From Octopus vulgaris (Eukaryota), in contig OX597831.1 of NCBI GenBank assembly GCA_951406725.2, positions 33,170,001 through 33,234,000 of the forward strand: a stretch of DNA of 64,000 nt, in the 5' to 3' direction. The notes under the pieces were generated by a model that saw nothing but the letters and a program-made list of their open reading frames with translations, was not told where the DNA came from and did not search any database. How positions within the stretch are numbered: position 1 is the stretch's first letter; the number at the start of each line of letters is the position of its first letter. Both the position numbers and the translations under genes were made by a program. Below are positions 1-13,822 of the stretch, one piece after another.

Positions 1-2
1 TT

Positions 3-690
3 TTGGGACCACTACTGTTCATAATGACTCTCTCAGTTATGCCCTTAGCCACGCAGAGAGCCAGAAGTACACGCAGATGTGATACAGATGATTCAAAAGT
101 TATGCAGATGATACAAAAGTCTCACAGGTGATACAGAACTCTGAAGACGTTATGCATTTGCAACGTGAGTTGGATGAAACATACAAGTGGGCTAACAAGA
201 ATAGCATACAGTTTAATGCTGAACAGTTTCAAGTCCTATGCTACTAGCATGCAAAACTAAATGCAATACCAATTAAATACACTGGTCCTGGAGGAATTAC
301 AATCCCAGAGACAGAGTCAGTGAAAGTTGTATTAACGTTAGAACGGGACACCACTGTATAGTGCCAAAGACTCTAACTTTGCCAATATATGACAAGATAT
401 TGCAACAGCCTGGGATTTAAAGGACCACAACTCTTCGATATATTCCCGAAAGACTTGAGAGGCCTGCATGTGGTGGATGTAGGTGTCTTCAAAATGAATT
501 TCGATCTCTTACTGTCAAGAGTCCCAGATGAACCAACTTCGCAGCAGGAAGTGAAAATGAGGGCAGTGGCATCAAACTCCCTCATGCACCAAATGCCAAG
601 TTCCAAAATGAAGTCGTGAAGTATAAGTTATGTAGAAGCACCAAATGGTGTTGCCCCAGCATGGCCACAACTCGTGAGCTGAAACTAGTT
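3..690 (+). mobile_element. Degenerate 3' fragment of a CR1/L2-group LINE (ORF2 RT end plus short 3' UTR)
   Basis: Reads LGPLLFI (3-23), then YADDTKVSQVIQNSEDVMHLQRELDETYKWANKNSIQFN from 101 after a frameshift at a ~20-bp tandem duplication. The ORF 389-619 tail (NSLGFKGPQLFDIFPKDLR...FKMNFDLLLSRVPDEP) is typical of CR1/L2-group ORF2 C-termini. Has a stop and an internal deletion. Confidence 0.8.
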
Positions 691-1004
691 CAATTCACAC
701 ACACACACATCAAAGTTCAAGGAGAGAAAGAAGACAGATTAGTTTACATCCTCCTAGTCCGGCCAATACAAATTCAAATTGGGAATACAATCAAATATAA
801 TCATATATATTTTTATTATATAATCCCAAGATCGGGCGATCACAGTACACATACAGAAAATTACATGAGATAAAATAGGTTAAAATCACGACCAGGGGAG
901 GTGTTTAAAAAATTTACGACAGTACTCGAATGAAGAAAAATTAAATGGATTAAGGTGATTTACAACTGTTCACGAATGAAATTTTTAAACATAATGAAGT
1001 GAGA

Positions 1005-1087
1005 TACCTAACGATCGTTTCAGAGAATACGAAAAGCAAAAACTTTTTCTTTCGACTTTGGTGGCCGCATTTCCTTCATCAGAGATA
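1005..1087 (-). ncRNA. Type I hammerhead ribozyme (Penelope-like terminus)
   Basis: Minus strand: UAUCU-CUGAUGA-AGGAAAUGCG...CGUAUUCUCU-GAAA-CGAUCG-UU-AGGUA. Stem I 5 bp, stem II 9/10 bp, palindromic stem III ACGAUCGU. Confidence 0.7.
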
Positions 1088-1343
1088 GAATTTTTAACGG
1101 TTAGGTTTTTTTTTAAAGTTTAAGTCTTTTTAAGAGTTTTTCCCACAACAATTGTGTGATTTTGGGTAATAAATATAGAAAAGTCGAAAGAGTTGTAAAT
1201 GAGTATAAAGGAAAAAATAGGAATGAAAATTCCAAGCGGTCCTTGAACTTTGGTATTTGCTCAATATACTGAGCCCTTCTGTGTTATTTCGTAGAAAGAG
1301 TTACACTCTTTTATCTTTTATTTTCTATATATATATTTTTTTT

Positions 1344-2252
1344 TTACTACCCACAAGGGGCTAAACACGAGGGGACAAGCAAGGATAGACAAACGGATTA
1401 AGTCGATTACATCGACCCCAGTGCGTAACTGATACTTGATTTATCGACCCCGAAAGGATGAAAGGCAAAGTCGACCTCGGCGGAATTTGAACTCAAAACG
1501 TTGCGGCAGACGAAATACGGCTACGCGTTTCACCCGGCGTGCTAACATTCCTGCCAGCTCGTCGCCTTATTATTTTCTATATATATATTTCTTTATTGCC
1601 CACAAGGGGCTAAACACAGATGGGACACACAAGGACAGACAAAGGGATTAAGTCGATTACCTCGACCCCAATGCGTGACTGGTACTTAATTTATCGACCC
1701 CGAAAGGATGAAAGGCAAAGTCGACCTCGGCGGAATTTGAACTCAGATCGTAACGACAGACGAAATACGGCTACGCGTTTCGCCCGGCGTGCTAACGTTT
1801 CTGCCATCTCGCCGCCTTATTATTTTTCTATATATATTTCTTTACTACCCACAAGGGGCTAAACACAGAGAGAACACACAAGGACAGACAAACGGATTAA
1901 GTCGGTTACATCAACCCCAGTGCGCAAATGGTACTTAATTTATCGACCCCGAAATGATGAAAGGCAAAGTCGACCTCGGCGGAATTTGAACTCAGAACGT
2001 AGCAACAGACGAAATACCTATTTCTTTACTACCCACAAGGGGCTAAACACAGAGGAGACAAACAAGGACAGACAAATGGATTAAGTCGATTACATCGACC
2101 CCAGTGCGTATCTGGTACTTAATTTATCGACCTCGAAAGGATGAAAGGCAAAGTCGACCTCGGCGGAATTTGAACTCAGAACGTAACGGCAGACGAAATA
2201 CGGCTACGCGTTTCGCCCGGTGAGCTAACGTTTCTACCAGCTCACCGCCTTA
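1344..2252 (-). mobile_element. Four head-to-tail copies of tRNA-derived SINE family A
   Basis: Units at ~1344, 1588, 1836 (5'-truncated) and 2020. Head GGCGGCGAGCTGGCAGAA...GAGTTCAAATTCC (A/B boxes). Central GGTCGACTTTGCCTTTCATCCTTTCGGGGTCGATAAATTAAGTACCAG resembles the Meta-SINE domain. Confidence 0.9.
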
Positions 2253-2366
2253 TTATTTTTCTGTATATATCGCTCTCGCTTCTAAACATAGGTAAATTTT
2301 GGATTAGTCTATTTTGTAATTTAGCAGTCCCTCTATTGAATTTTTGTCTGTTTTTACTTTAGCAAA

Positions 2367-2449
2367 TGACCTGAGGAGACTTATATGCATAAACGCGTAT
2401 TTCTTTTATAAATTCACTAGTGGATACGAGTCGAAACAAATTGTTGCCT
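2367..2449 (+). ncRNA. Hammerhead ribozyme, stem I degenerate
   Basis: UGAC-CUGAGGA-GACUUAUAUGCA...UGGAUACGAGUC-GAAA-CAAAUUG-UU-GCC. Good stems II and III; mismatch in stem I. Confidence 0.55.
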
Positions 2450-2655
2450 TATATTTATTTTAATTATTGTTATAATATGTTATATTATATTATATTCTAA
2501 TGTAAATAAATTTTTAACCTCTCAATTGTATTTCCCTATTTCCTTTAATATTTCTGTATTGTAATTATACCATTTAATTTGTGATATTCAACTGAAGTAC
2601 CAGTGAGAATTGAATGTTTTACATCCCTTTGAAAGAATTGGTTCTCCTACATTTG

Positions 2656-2691
<36 letters not shown>

Positions 2692-2692
2692 G

Positions 2693-2736
<44 letters not shown>

Positions 2737-2794
2737 CATTATTATTATTATTATTATCATTATTATTATTATTATTATTATTATCATTATTATA

Positions 2795-3507
2795 TATTGG
2801 GTTGGTAACTAAGTTCCCGCCGTTTTTTAATTTTTTGAATTTATTGTGTTTTTAAATTTTGGAATCTATTATTTTCGAGAATTCTATTTTTGAATAATTT
2901 TGAAATCTTTTTTTTTTCTTTTAGTAGTTAATTTTTGTTTATTTTCATATCGTTAAAATGAAATGTCAAGTTAAGAAAAACGAGCATTTTCGACACCTCC
3001 TTCTTTTTGCTTTTAATCAAGGTTCTAAGGCCGCAAAAGCTGCTCGCGACATTTGTGCTGTGTATGGAGAGGGTGCCATAGCTGAAAGGACCGCTCGTGG
3101 TTGGTATGCCAAGTTCAGAAATGGATATTTTGACCTCAAAGACGCACCTCGCTCTGGCCGTCCAGTTGAGTTCGATGAAGAGCGATTAAACCAACTTTTG
3201 CACGAAAATTCTCGTCAAACGACAAGGGAACTGGCAAAGAAAATGGAATGCTCCCACACTGCTACAGAGAAGCATCTTCACTCGATGGGAAATGTTCAGA
3301 AGTATGGAGCATGGGTTCTGCATGCTTTAAGTGACAACAATAGAAATCAACGAACCACAATCTCCGCTGGTTTGCTTGCTCGTCACCGCTCAACCCATGG
3401 ACACAAACAACAATTTCTTTACCGAATCGTTACTGGCGATGAAAAATGGGTGCCTGTACATCAATTTGAAGCAGCGTAAGGAATGGCTTAGCCCCGGTAA
3501 ACAAGGC
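2795..3507 (+). mobile_element. Mariner (Tc1/mariner) transposon, 3'-truncated
   Basis: TA followed by TATTGGGTTGG... left TIR, then the transposase ORF. Ends abruptly in a TA/TG repeat. Confidence 0.92.
2958..3506 (+). pseudogene. Mariner transposase N-terminal half (HTH plus first catalytic Asp), frameshifted and truncated
   Basis: RHLLLFAF..AARDICAVYG, DAPRSGRP, WVLHALS (WVPHEL-like), IVTGDEKW, then a frameshift into CLYINLKQRKEWLSPG. The rest of the DD34D domain is absent. Confidence 0.9.
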
Positions 3508-3509
3508 AT

Positions 3510-3762
3510 ATATATACGTACAGGTATATGTTTGTGTCTTTGTGCTTGTACTAGTTGCCCCTTCCACCGCTTGAAAACCGGTACTGATTTGTTTACGTAC
3601 CCGTAAGCTAGCAGTTTTGGCACAATGCACCGATAGAATAAGTGAAAGACTTCAAAAATTAAGTGCTGGGGTCAATATATTCGATTAAAACAAAAATATA
3701 AAAAAATAATAATTCGAGATGGTGCTCTAGCGTGGCCGCAGTCTAATCACTGAAATATGCAA
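3510..3762 (+). mobile_element. SINE family B 3' half, diverged
   Basis: ACCGATAGAATAAGT...GGTGCTCTAGCGTGGCCGCAGTCTAATCACTGAAA matches the tail of full copies at 45958-46356 and 51057-51441. Confidence 0.75.
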
Positions 3763-4670
3763 AATGTATATGGAGGTCAAATTAATCGAGTGAACCTTTC
3801 CTTCAAATTTCATGCTCATCTGCTAAACGTCAGAAATCAATAATTTTTAATAATCTAAACCGTTGTGATGCCATTTTTTCTTCTTCTTCAACTCTACTCA
3901 AATGCTACAGTTTTATCGCCTCGTTCTCGTGAAAGAAAGAACTTTAGCGCTTCTTCCGATGATTAGTCGGCCATTTATGGCGAAGTACTTTTAGTCGTTT
4001 ATCATTATTTTCTCATTCTTTCCACTATCTGCCACGCCAAATTCTATTTTATTTTACTTCTCGTCTTAATAACAAGATTTTGTAGCTGGGGTCTTTTCAT
4101 ATTCATCATCTTTTGTTTGACTTTCACAATTTCAAAGAAGCAGCGATGAGAGTCTTGTTTCCCCGGAGTTAATGGACAAGTAGAAAAATGTGCACCAGGC
4201 AGTCAGAGAGAAATGTTGAAATATGTTTGTACGAAGGAATTGGTAATCAGGATTAAGTAGAAAGAGAGAAAGAAAGAGAGAGAGAAAGAAAGAGAGAGAA
4301 ATATGGCCCTCAATATTACTTTATCTACCTGTTTGTCTGTCTGTCTGACTGCCTATCTATTTACATAAACACACACGCTGCACACATACACACACAAATA
4401 CACACATACGCATATATTTATGTATGTATATATATACACACACACTCACGCGTACATATATGTATATATGTATGAGTATGTATCGATGCATGCATGTGTG
4501 TGTATGTGTGTGTGTTGTGTGTGTGTGTGCGTGTGTGTGCATGTGTGTGTATGCGTGTGTGTGTGTGTGTATACACATTTTTTCTACTATCCGGAATTGC
4601 TTGGTAATTCTGACCGTCGCTGCTGTAGCTGCTGCTTCTACAACTACTACAATAACAAAAACAACAACTG

Positions 4671-4736
<66 letters not shown>

Positions 4737-4888
4737 AATACTACTACTGATGATGATGATGATGATGATGGTAAACAGGATGCTGATGTTTCCGCCGACG
4801 CCTCTACTCTCCTATTGTGGAAAGAGGCGATGGTGGAGACTACTGAACATATACCGAGAGCATTGTAGAGGACTTTCAATGAGTCTAC

Positions 4889-4932
<44 letters not shown>

Positions 4933-4967
4933 ATACACATACATAAATATATGGCGATAGGATGTGC

Positions 4968-5010
<43 letters not shown>

Positions 5011-5199
5011 TGAGTGATGCGGGTAGTGGCCTGGCTGGTGGCGGCGGGGTGCTAAACACAGTTTCCAGTAAATTAGTTAATCACGGGCTGAGTCCCTCTC
5101 AACAAACGATATAGCCTCAAGCTGGATCAAGACGGCGACTTAGCTAATCAAGCTTCCCGCCACTCACCGCCACATCTAACGCCATCACTGCACTTTTTC

Positions 5200-5900
5200 A
5201 TTGCTCATTTCCCCTTGTTTGTTTGCTTGTTTGTTTGTTTTTTCCTTCCTTCTTTCTTTGCTTCTCGGTTTCTTTCTTTCTTTCTTTTTTCTTTCTTTCT
5301 CTCTTTCCACCTTTATTCTCTCTTCAGCACACACATTCCGTTTTTTTTCTTCTTGTTCTTTTATCCTTCTCTTTATATTTTCTTTGTTTATCTTCACTAT
5401 CTTCTACTTCACGTTCCTTTGTAATTCTATCCAAATTTTCCTTCAGTGTTCTTCCTCGCTCATTCGTTCCATTTTCCTATCATCCTTTTATTTCCTTCAT
5501 TATTTTATGCAATCTAATATTATTTTCTTTTTCCTGTTTTCTCAATTTCTTTCGTTTTCTCTTTTTATTCCTCGCTGTCAATCTTCATTCTTTCTTCCCT
5601 TCTTCCTTCCAACTTTTCTTTCTTGCTTTTTTTATTACGTTGTTTTATTTTTCTTTCTTATTCCTCATTCTGTCACTTTTTCTTCCTACCTTTATCGTTT
5701 CCTCTTTCTGTTTCAAATTTCAATTTTTGGTCGACCACTTCTATCGTTTTCCGTTTCTTCCGTTTCTCCACTCTTCTTCCTTCGCTCTCTTTCATTTCTA
5801 TTCTGCCTCTCATTCACTTTCTTTTCCTTTGCTCCAGTCTTAATCCTCACTTCCTCTCTTCATTTTCAGACACCAAATCCATTTTTTTTGTTTTTGTTTT
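5200..5900. repeat. Pyrimidine-rich low-complexity tract
   Basis: CT/TTTC-rich. Similar tracts at 43430-44320, 54060-54690 and 55590-55930. Confidence 0.85.
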
Positions 5901-6186
5901 GAAAATTTCTACACAGGTATGATTAATCGTGATAACTACGAAAATCATTATATTTTGAGTGGAGAAATTAGAATTAAGAAGTTTCCGGCGCAGCTCCGAA
6001 TATCCGAGATTATTTCTCATTGAGGAGCTGAAATCAAACCAAAACACCGGTGTCTGATGATCCACTGACATCATTCTAAGCGAACTCTATATTTTTAATA
6101 GACAAAACGCCTTGAAATATTTCTCTAAGAAAAAATATTCAGCTAGCATCGTTCAACGTTTATATGCATACATACATATATACATA

Positions 6187-6247
<61 letters not shown>

Positions 6248-6251
<4 letters not shown>

Positions 6252-6360
6252 CAAAATGGAACAACAAAACATCCAGAAAGACGATACAAAAAAAAATAAG
6301 GACGGGTCATTCGAAGCTTCCTATCCTCACTCAAGAACAAGATCATCCTCGCAATTTCGG

Positions 6361-6363
<3 letters not shown>
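6248..6363 (-). mobile_element. Unclassified (TA)n-embedded repeat family F
   Basis: Homologous to 25705-25945 and 28850-29010 (GTCATTC...GCAATTTCGGCTG). Confidence 0.65.
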
Positions 6364-6409
<46 letters not shown>

Positions 6410-6411
<2 letters not shown>

Positions 6412-6572
6412 AGGCGGGTGTATCTTTGTGGTAACTAGCTTGCTTTTCAACCACACGGTTTTGGGTTCAGTCCCACTGTTTGTCATCTTAGGCAAGTGTC
6501 TTCTATTATAGCTTCTGGCCCATCAAAACTTTGTGAGTGGATTTAATAGAAGGAAATTGAAAGAAGACCATC

Positions 6573-6647
<75 letters not shown>

Positions 6648-7042
6648 CACTCCGTCGGTTACGACGACGAGCGTTCCAGTTGATCCGATCAACGGAACAG
6701 CCTTCTCGTGAAATTAACGTGCAAGTGGCTGATTATTCCACAGACACGTGTACCATTAATGTAGTTTTCGGGGAGATTCAGTGTGACACAGAGTGTGACA
6801 AGGCTGTCCCTTTGAAATACAGGTACAACAGAAACAGGAAGAAAGAGAGAAAGTTGTGGTGAAAGAGTACAGCAGGGTTCACCACCACCCCCTGCCGGAG
6901 CTTCGTGGAGCTTTAAGTGATGTTGCTTAATAAACTCACAACGCCCGGTCTGGGAATCGAAACCATGATCCTAAGACCGCGAGTCCGCTGCCCTAACCAC
7001 TGGGCCATTGCACCTCCATACGCACTCACGCACACACACACC

Positions 7043-7113
<71 letters not shown>

Positions 7114-7280
7114 TCACATACACACACATATATATATACACATAGACTGATAGAATAAGTACCAGGGTTTTAAAAAAATAAGTGCTAGGGTCAATTCATT
7201 CTACTAAAACTTCTTCAAGGCAGTGATGCCCCAGCATGGCCACAGTTTAATGTCTGAAACATGTAAAAGATAAAAAAGAC
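6410..7280 (+). mobile_element. SINE family B (CORE-like) split by an insertion in its internal microsatellite
   Basis: Head 6410-6575 (GGGTTCAGTCCCACTG, AGGCAAGTGTCTTCT) and tail 7148-7280, with SINE D between them. Confidence 0.75.
6648..7018 (-). mobile_element. SINE family D (tRNA-like head) with tail X
   Basis: Head GGAGGTGCAATGGCCCAGTGGTTAGGGCAGCGGACTCGCGG...GGTTTCGATTCCC. Tail ends CTCGTCGTCGTAACCGACGGAGT, as in 21715-22020. Confidence 0.85.
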
Positions 7281-7333
7281 ACATATATATGTACACACAT
7301 ACACGCACTGATACTTCATATATACATATATAC

Positions 7334-7386
<53 letters not shown>

Positions 7387-8511
7387 TACATACACACATA
7401 TACACATACCACTGCCACACCCACCACTCACACACTTTTCACCTCCTTCGAATGATCACCCTCCCACTGACTTGCTCGATAAATGACACCAACACAAACA
7501 CACATGCGCACAGATAGTACCACGCACACACACACTCACACACACACACACACACACGCACACATGCACACACACACATACATACTATCGTCGCACTCTC
7601 CTGTACCACCGAAACCACTTTCCCTATCTCTTTCTACTTCTGGTCACTTCAGCAATGTAACTATACGCCATGTGGTGTCGGCGATTTTTTTTCCTTCTTT
7701 GGACGCTTCCAAATGGATAGATAGATCCAATAATAAAAAAAAAACGTACTCCATCCAGTGAGAGATAAATATCAATTTAATATATACCTCGAAAGAGATA
7801 CCAATTGTTTTATGCATTTATGATACTTTAAATTGGCCGATTTATAAAACACCAGGCTTTGTTTATGCATTAGATACATTTTAAAAACCGGGAAGCGGGA
7901 TAGTGAGGATATAAGAAAAAAATGATATAAACGCAAAAAGTAAACGAAAAGAAACGAAATCAAGAAAACCATGATCCCTGTCCTCAATGACTGACGAAAC
8001 CACAATAAAAGCAACTGGCATTGGACAAAACATAATATATGCTTAAAGACTGCGATACACATCGTTATTTTAAACTAATGTTTAAACTAAGGTTTTTAGT
8101 GCTTTAATTTTAGTCAGGTCAGCTTTTGCACAAATCAGTGAATAGCCTGGCTGTAAGTTTTTGTATCGAAAATATGATTTCGTCGGGCTTTGATCGATAC
8201 TGAAGAGGATCAAATTAAATCGAAACATCGGTGTCAAGTGATTCGGCGATCTGGCTAGGACAGATATCGTTGAGAAAAGGGTAAAATGAAAGAAAGAAAG
8301 AAAGAAAGATAGAAAAAAGAGAAGAGAAGAGAAGGAAGGAAAGAAAGAAGAGACAGAATGAAAGGAAGGAAGAGAGAATGAAAGAATACGAAAAACAGAA
8401 AAACAAAACAAAGAAACAAATTTTGAAGATCGTTGGCTGGTTAAAGAGGAGGGTAATGGGGAACAACGAATAGAATAAAGAAAGTAGCATGAAATATGTG
8501 TAGTAGTAGTA

Positions 8512-8558
<47 letters not shown>

Positions 8559-9062
8559 CAGTAGCTGTATTTCTAGAAGCAGCAGCATCAGTGGTAGTGG
8601 TGGTGGTGTGGTGATGGTAATGGTGGTAATAATGGCAGTGGAGGTGGTAGTGCTGATGGTAACGGTGTTAGTGATGAAGGTGGTGATGTTGGTGGTGGTG
8701 GTCGTGGAAATTGTAAAGGTGATGACATTATTAGTGGTGGCTGCTGTGAGGGGTGGCAGTATTTGTTGTGTGGTTGTTGTTGTTGTTGTTGTTGATATTG
8801 TCTGAGTGGTGACAATGGCGGTAGTGATGGTGGTGATGTTAGAGGTGTTGGTGGTGCTTACGGTTGTAGTAGTGATGGTCACGGCGCGACTTGTGGTGGT
8901 GCTGGTAGTGGTGATGGTAGTGCAGAAGAAGAGTCGTGGGGAGAAAATGCTCTCTCAACAAACGTTCATGTGGAGACACACCCACTCACCCAAACACCGG
9001 TATATATGCATATATGCACAACCTACACACATATGTATATGCATGTATATATATGTATGTAT

Positions 9063-9104
<42 letters not shown>

Positions 9105-9116
<12 letters not shown>

Positions 9117-9153
9117 TTCATAAGCATATACGCAACCATACATATACAATTTT

Positions 9154-9193
<40 letters not shown>

Positions 9194-9241
9194 TTCATAA
9201 GCATATACGCAACCATACATATACAATTTTCTTTATATATA

Positions 9242-9289
<48 letters not shown>

Positions 9290-9326
9290 TTCATAAGCAT
9301 ATACGCAACCATACATATACAATTTT

Positions 9327-9365
<39 letters not shown>
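9105..9365. repeat. Three-copy minisatellite with variable (TA)n spacer
   Basis: TACATATTTCATAAGCATATACGCAACCATACATATACAATTTTCTTT at ~9110, ~9186 and ~9283. Confidence 0.9.
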
Positions 9366-9418
<53 letters not shown>

Positions 9419-9724
9419 TAAATTTTCAAAATAAAACTAAAATAAATAACAATTAGAATAAAGGCAAAAAAAATTAGTAAAAAATTTTTTAAAACAAAAC
9501 GAAAATTCTTCATCCACTTAAATAATTTCGGTTTCGCTTCGTCTAATCATCATCTTTATAATCATCATCATCGTTAGCACCACCACCGCCGCCGCTACCA
9601 CCGCCGCCAGCACCACCACCACCATCATAATCGTCGTCGTCGTTAACATTATCATCATCATCATCATTCTTCTTCTTCTTCTTCTTCTTCTTCTTCTTCT
9701 TCTTCTTCTTCTTCTTCTTCTTCC

Positions 9725-9794
<70 letters not shown>

Positions 9795-10058
9795 CATTAG
9801 TTTTACACAGCTCCCCTATATCTTATTAATGACGTTTAAAATTTCTTCTTTAATTACATATACTCCTTAGTTTGCGGTTAATTTCTAATGTTGCAGTTTT
9901 AATATTTTTATAGATTTTTTTTGACAAATTCTTTCTTTTTTTTGTATATAGTTTTACGCTTTTACCATTTATTTTCTGATATATTCTTGTTGTTGTCGTC
10001 GATGTTGCTAATCTTGTTACAGCTTTTGTTGTTCTTGTTACCCATTATTCATATTGCT

Positions 10059-10116
<58 letters not shown>

Positions 10117-10313
10117 GCCTCTGTGCGTGTGTGTGTGTGCGTATATAATTTTTGCTAGTTTCTAAATTCGCAACATAATTTTGAGAAAATTTCGTTATTT
10201 ATCCTGAAAATATATAACCAAGCACATGGAGAACAACAACGACAAAAAAAAACCCCACAAAAAATCCTAAGAAAGTATATAAAAGTGGAGAGATAGACAT
10301 ACATACATCAAGG

Positions 10314-10364
<51 letters not shown>

Positions 10365-10814
10365 AATAACAAAGACGAACGAAAAACAAAAGAGTAGAAA
10401 TAAAAGAAAATCAAGGAATGAGAGAAAACAAATATGTAAAGGAGGAAGAAATAAGAGAAAGAAGAAAAATAAAGGAAGGAATTAAAGAAAAAAAAAGGAG
10501 CAAGGTAGTGGAGCAAATAATGTAGGTGTTGTGGTTTGCAAATTCTGACTCAGAATTGTGTCTATTTGCAAAATACCATTGGAGCTTATTTTAAGGACCA
10601 TGGGTGTGCTATAGGGATTTATAGAAAAACTGTTGGGATTTGAACCAAAAGTTACTGAGTAACAAAAGTATCATTCTGCTAATGAATTTGTGTTATTACA
10701 ACAAGTAGACGAAAGTCGACGGCAACTGACCATTGTGAAAAACCAAAAGTTCGTCTGTTATGGCCACATTCGAAGAAGCTGCTATCTGGGAAATATTATT
10801 ATGGAAAGAAGGAA

Positions 10815-11218
10815 AGCGGCGAGCTGGCAGCGTCGTTAGCACGCTGGACGAAATGCTTAGCGGTATTTCGCCCGCCGTTACGTTCTGAGTTCAAATTCCG
10901 CCGAGGTCGACTTTGCCTTTCATCCTTTCGGGGTCGATTAAATAAGTACCAGTTACGCACTGGGGTCGATATAATCGACTTAATCCGTTTGTCTGGCCTT
11001 GTTTGTCCTCTCTGTTTTTAGCCCCTTGTGGGTAGTAAAGAAATAAGTATTTCGCCTGTCGTTGCTACTTTCTATGTTCAAATTCCGCCGAGATCGAGTT
11101 TGCTTTTCATCTTTTCGGAGTCGATTAATCAAGTACGAGTTGCGTACTGGGGTCGATGAGATCGACTAGTCTCCTCACCCAAACTTTCAGGCCTTGTGCC
11201 TATAGTAGGAAGAATTAT
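10815..11218 (+). mobile_element. SINE A, one full copy plus one partial copy with an alternative tail
   Basis: First copy ends GCCCCTTGTGGGTAGTAAAGAAA; second ends GGCCTTGTGCCTATAGTAGGAAG. Confidence 0.88.
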
Positions 11219-11549
11219 CATGGAAGGAAGGCCTGAGAATAGTGGATCAAGAGGTCGGAAAATACCGCAATGATTGCACGGTATTAAGGACTGGTTTGCC
11301 AAGAGTGGCAAAGCAGCGGGAGAACTGGCGTTTGATCGGGAAGATTTTTATTGTAGTGCCATCAATGCGATGCAGGCGTATGATACATAACGACGACGAC
11401 GACGAAGAAGAAGAATAAAACAAAATTACCACAAACAAGAAACCAAGTACCCCTAACCCTATCTCTATCCCTAACCAAGCTCAACCCTATGGAAACTAGA
11501 ATTTCAATGAAGGATACCTTATAACTTACGACGACACAACATGAAAAAG

Positions 11550-12326
<777 letters not shown>

Positions 12327-12633
12327 ATATGTTCACAGTCAAAATCAAAGCAAACATCACTATAGTTTCGACACTTGGGCAGAAGCATTAAATTCGGCGA
12401 TCTTAAAAGTGTTAAAATCATAAAGGAATAATAACTGCCTGGGAATTAATTAATAAAGAAGAAGCGGGGGCGAAAAACTAGCGGAATATATCCATAATGT
12501 ATTCGATCGCTTATTGTTACAACTGCGAACGTCAAATCTCGAGCATAAATCGTTTCAAATATATTTTTCAAACTCTTCGGTAAATCTTTATATTCTCTTC
12601 ACACAACTGATTAGCAAATTAAAAGAACGCACA

Positions 12634-12695
<62 letters not shown>

Positions 12696-13042
12696 TACAA
12701 ACAAACAAGCACAAACACACAAACACATATACACATGTGTATACATATATATACTCACACGCATGCATCTATAGGCATATGTACGTACATATGTATGTGA
12801 ATGTGTATGTGTATGTGTGCGTGTGTGTGTGTGTGCGCGTGTGTGTGTGCGTGCGTGTGTGTGTGTGTGCGGTGGGGGGGTTTGTTTGTTTGTCTCCAAT
12901 TCTAGGTTTCTTACTAATAAATAAGACTAATCAGAGGACAGATTGAGATGACGAAGCTAAAGAGAAACTGATGGAGATGCTGACGACGGCAACGACGCTG
13001 GCAGTAATGATGACGGCGGTGGTGATGGAGTACTGATGGAGG

Positions 13043-13111
<69 letters not shown>

Positions 13112-13550
13112 CGACGACGATGATGAAGGTGGTACTGGTGGTGGTCGTGGTGGTGATGAAAGATGCGATAACGCTGATGATAGTGATGACGGTGATGATG
13201 TTTATGATAATAATGGCGTTGGTGGTGGTGTCAGCGTGGAACAGGCTGCGTCGTCGTCATCGTCGTCGTCGTCCTACTTATTAAACATAAAGCTGTTACC
13301 CTGAAGCAAGACTTTCTGGTCTGGTCTACATTGGGGAAATCACCGATGTATATAAATATGACAGCTATATAGATAGATGGGTGTATACACATTCACACAT
13401 AAACACACAAACATCCACACACTCATACACACTCAGATAGAATCACGCACGCACACACACACACACTAATATATATGTATTTGTGAGACTCATTTAAGTG
13501 TCGATACACATGCATAGATACACACGTATATATACTTACATACATATAAT

Positions 13551-13595
<45 letters not shown>

Positions 13596-13715
13596 CTTTG
13601 TATATAAGTATATGTATGTATGTATATATGTGAATATAAGCATAAATATACAATATATACATATTTTCATACATCTACTAAAATACATATATACACATAA
13701 ATACACATATGTAAA

Positions 13716-13751
<36 letters not shown>

Positions 13752-13774
13752 CATATATACACATATATATATAC

Positions 13775-13822
<48 letters not shown>

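Noticed and set aside
1344-2252. CRISPR-like regular repeats
   Set aside because: Units are ~240-bp SINE copies with no unique spacers and no cas genes; the context is eukaryotic.
8082-8882. Thr-rich mucin-like ORF
   Set aside because: Degenerate (GGT/GAT/TAG)n trinucleotide tract running into CT-rich low complexity; no domain or splice evidence.
11445-11490. Telomere-like CCCTAA units
   Set aside because: Only a few degenerate units; not an interstitial telomere array.
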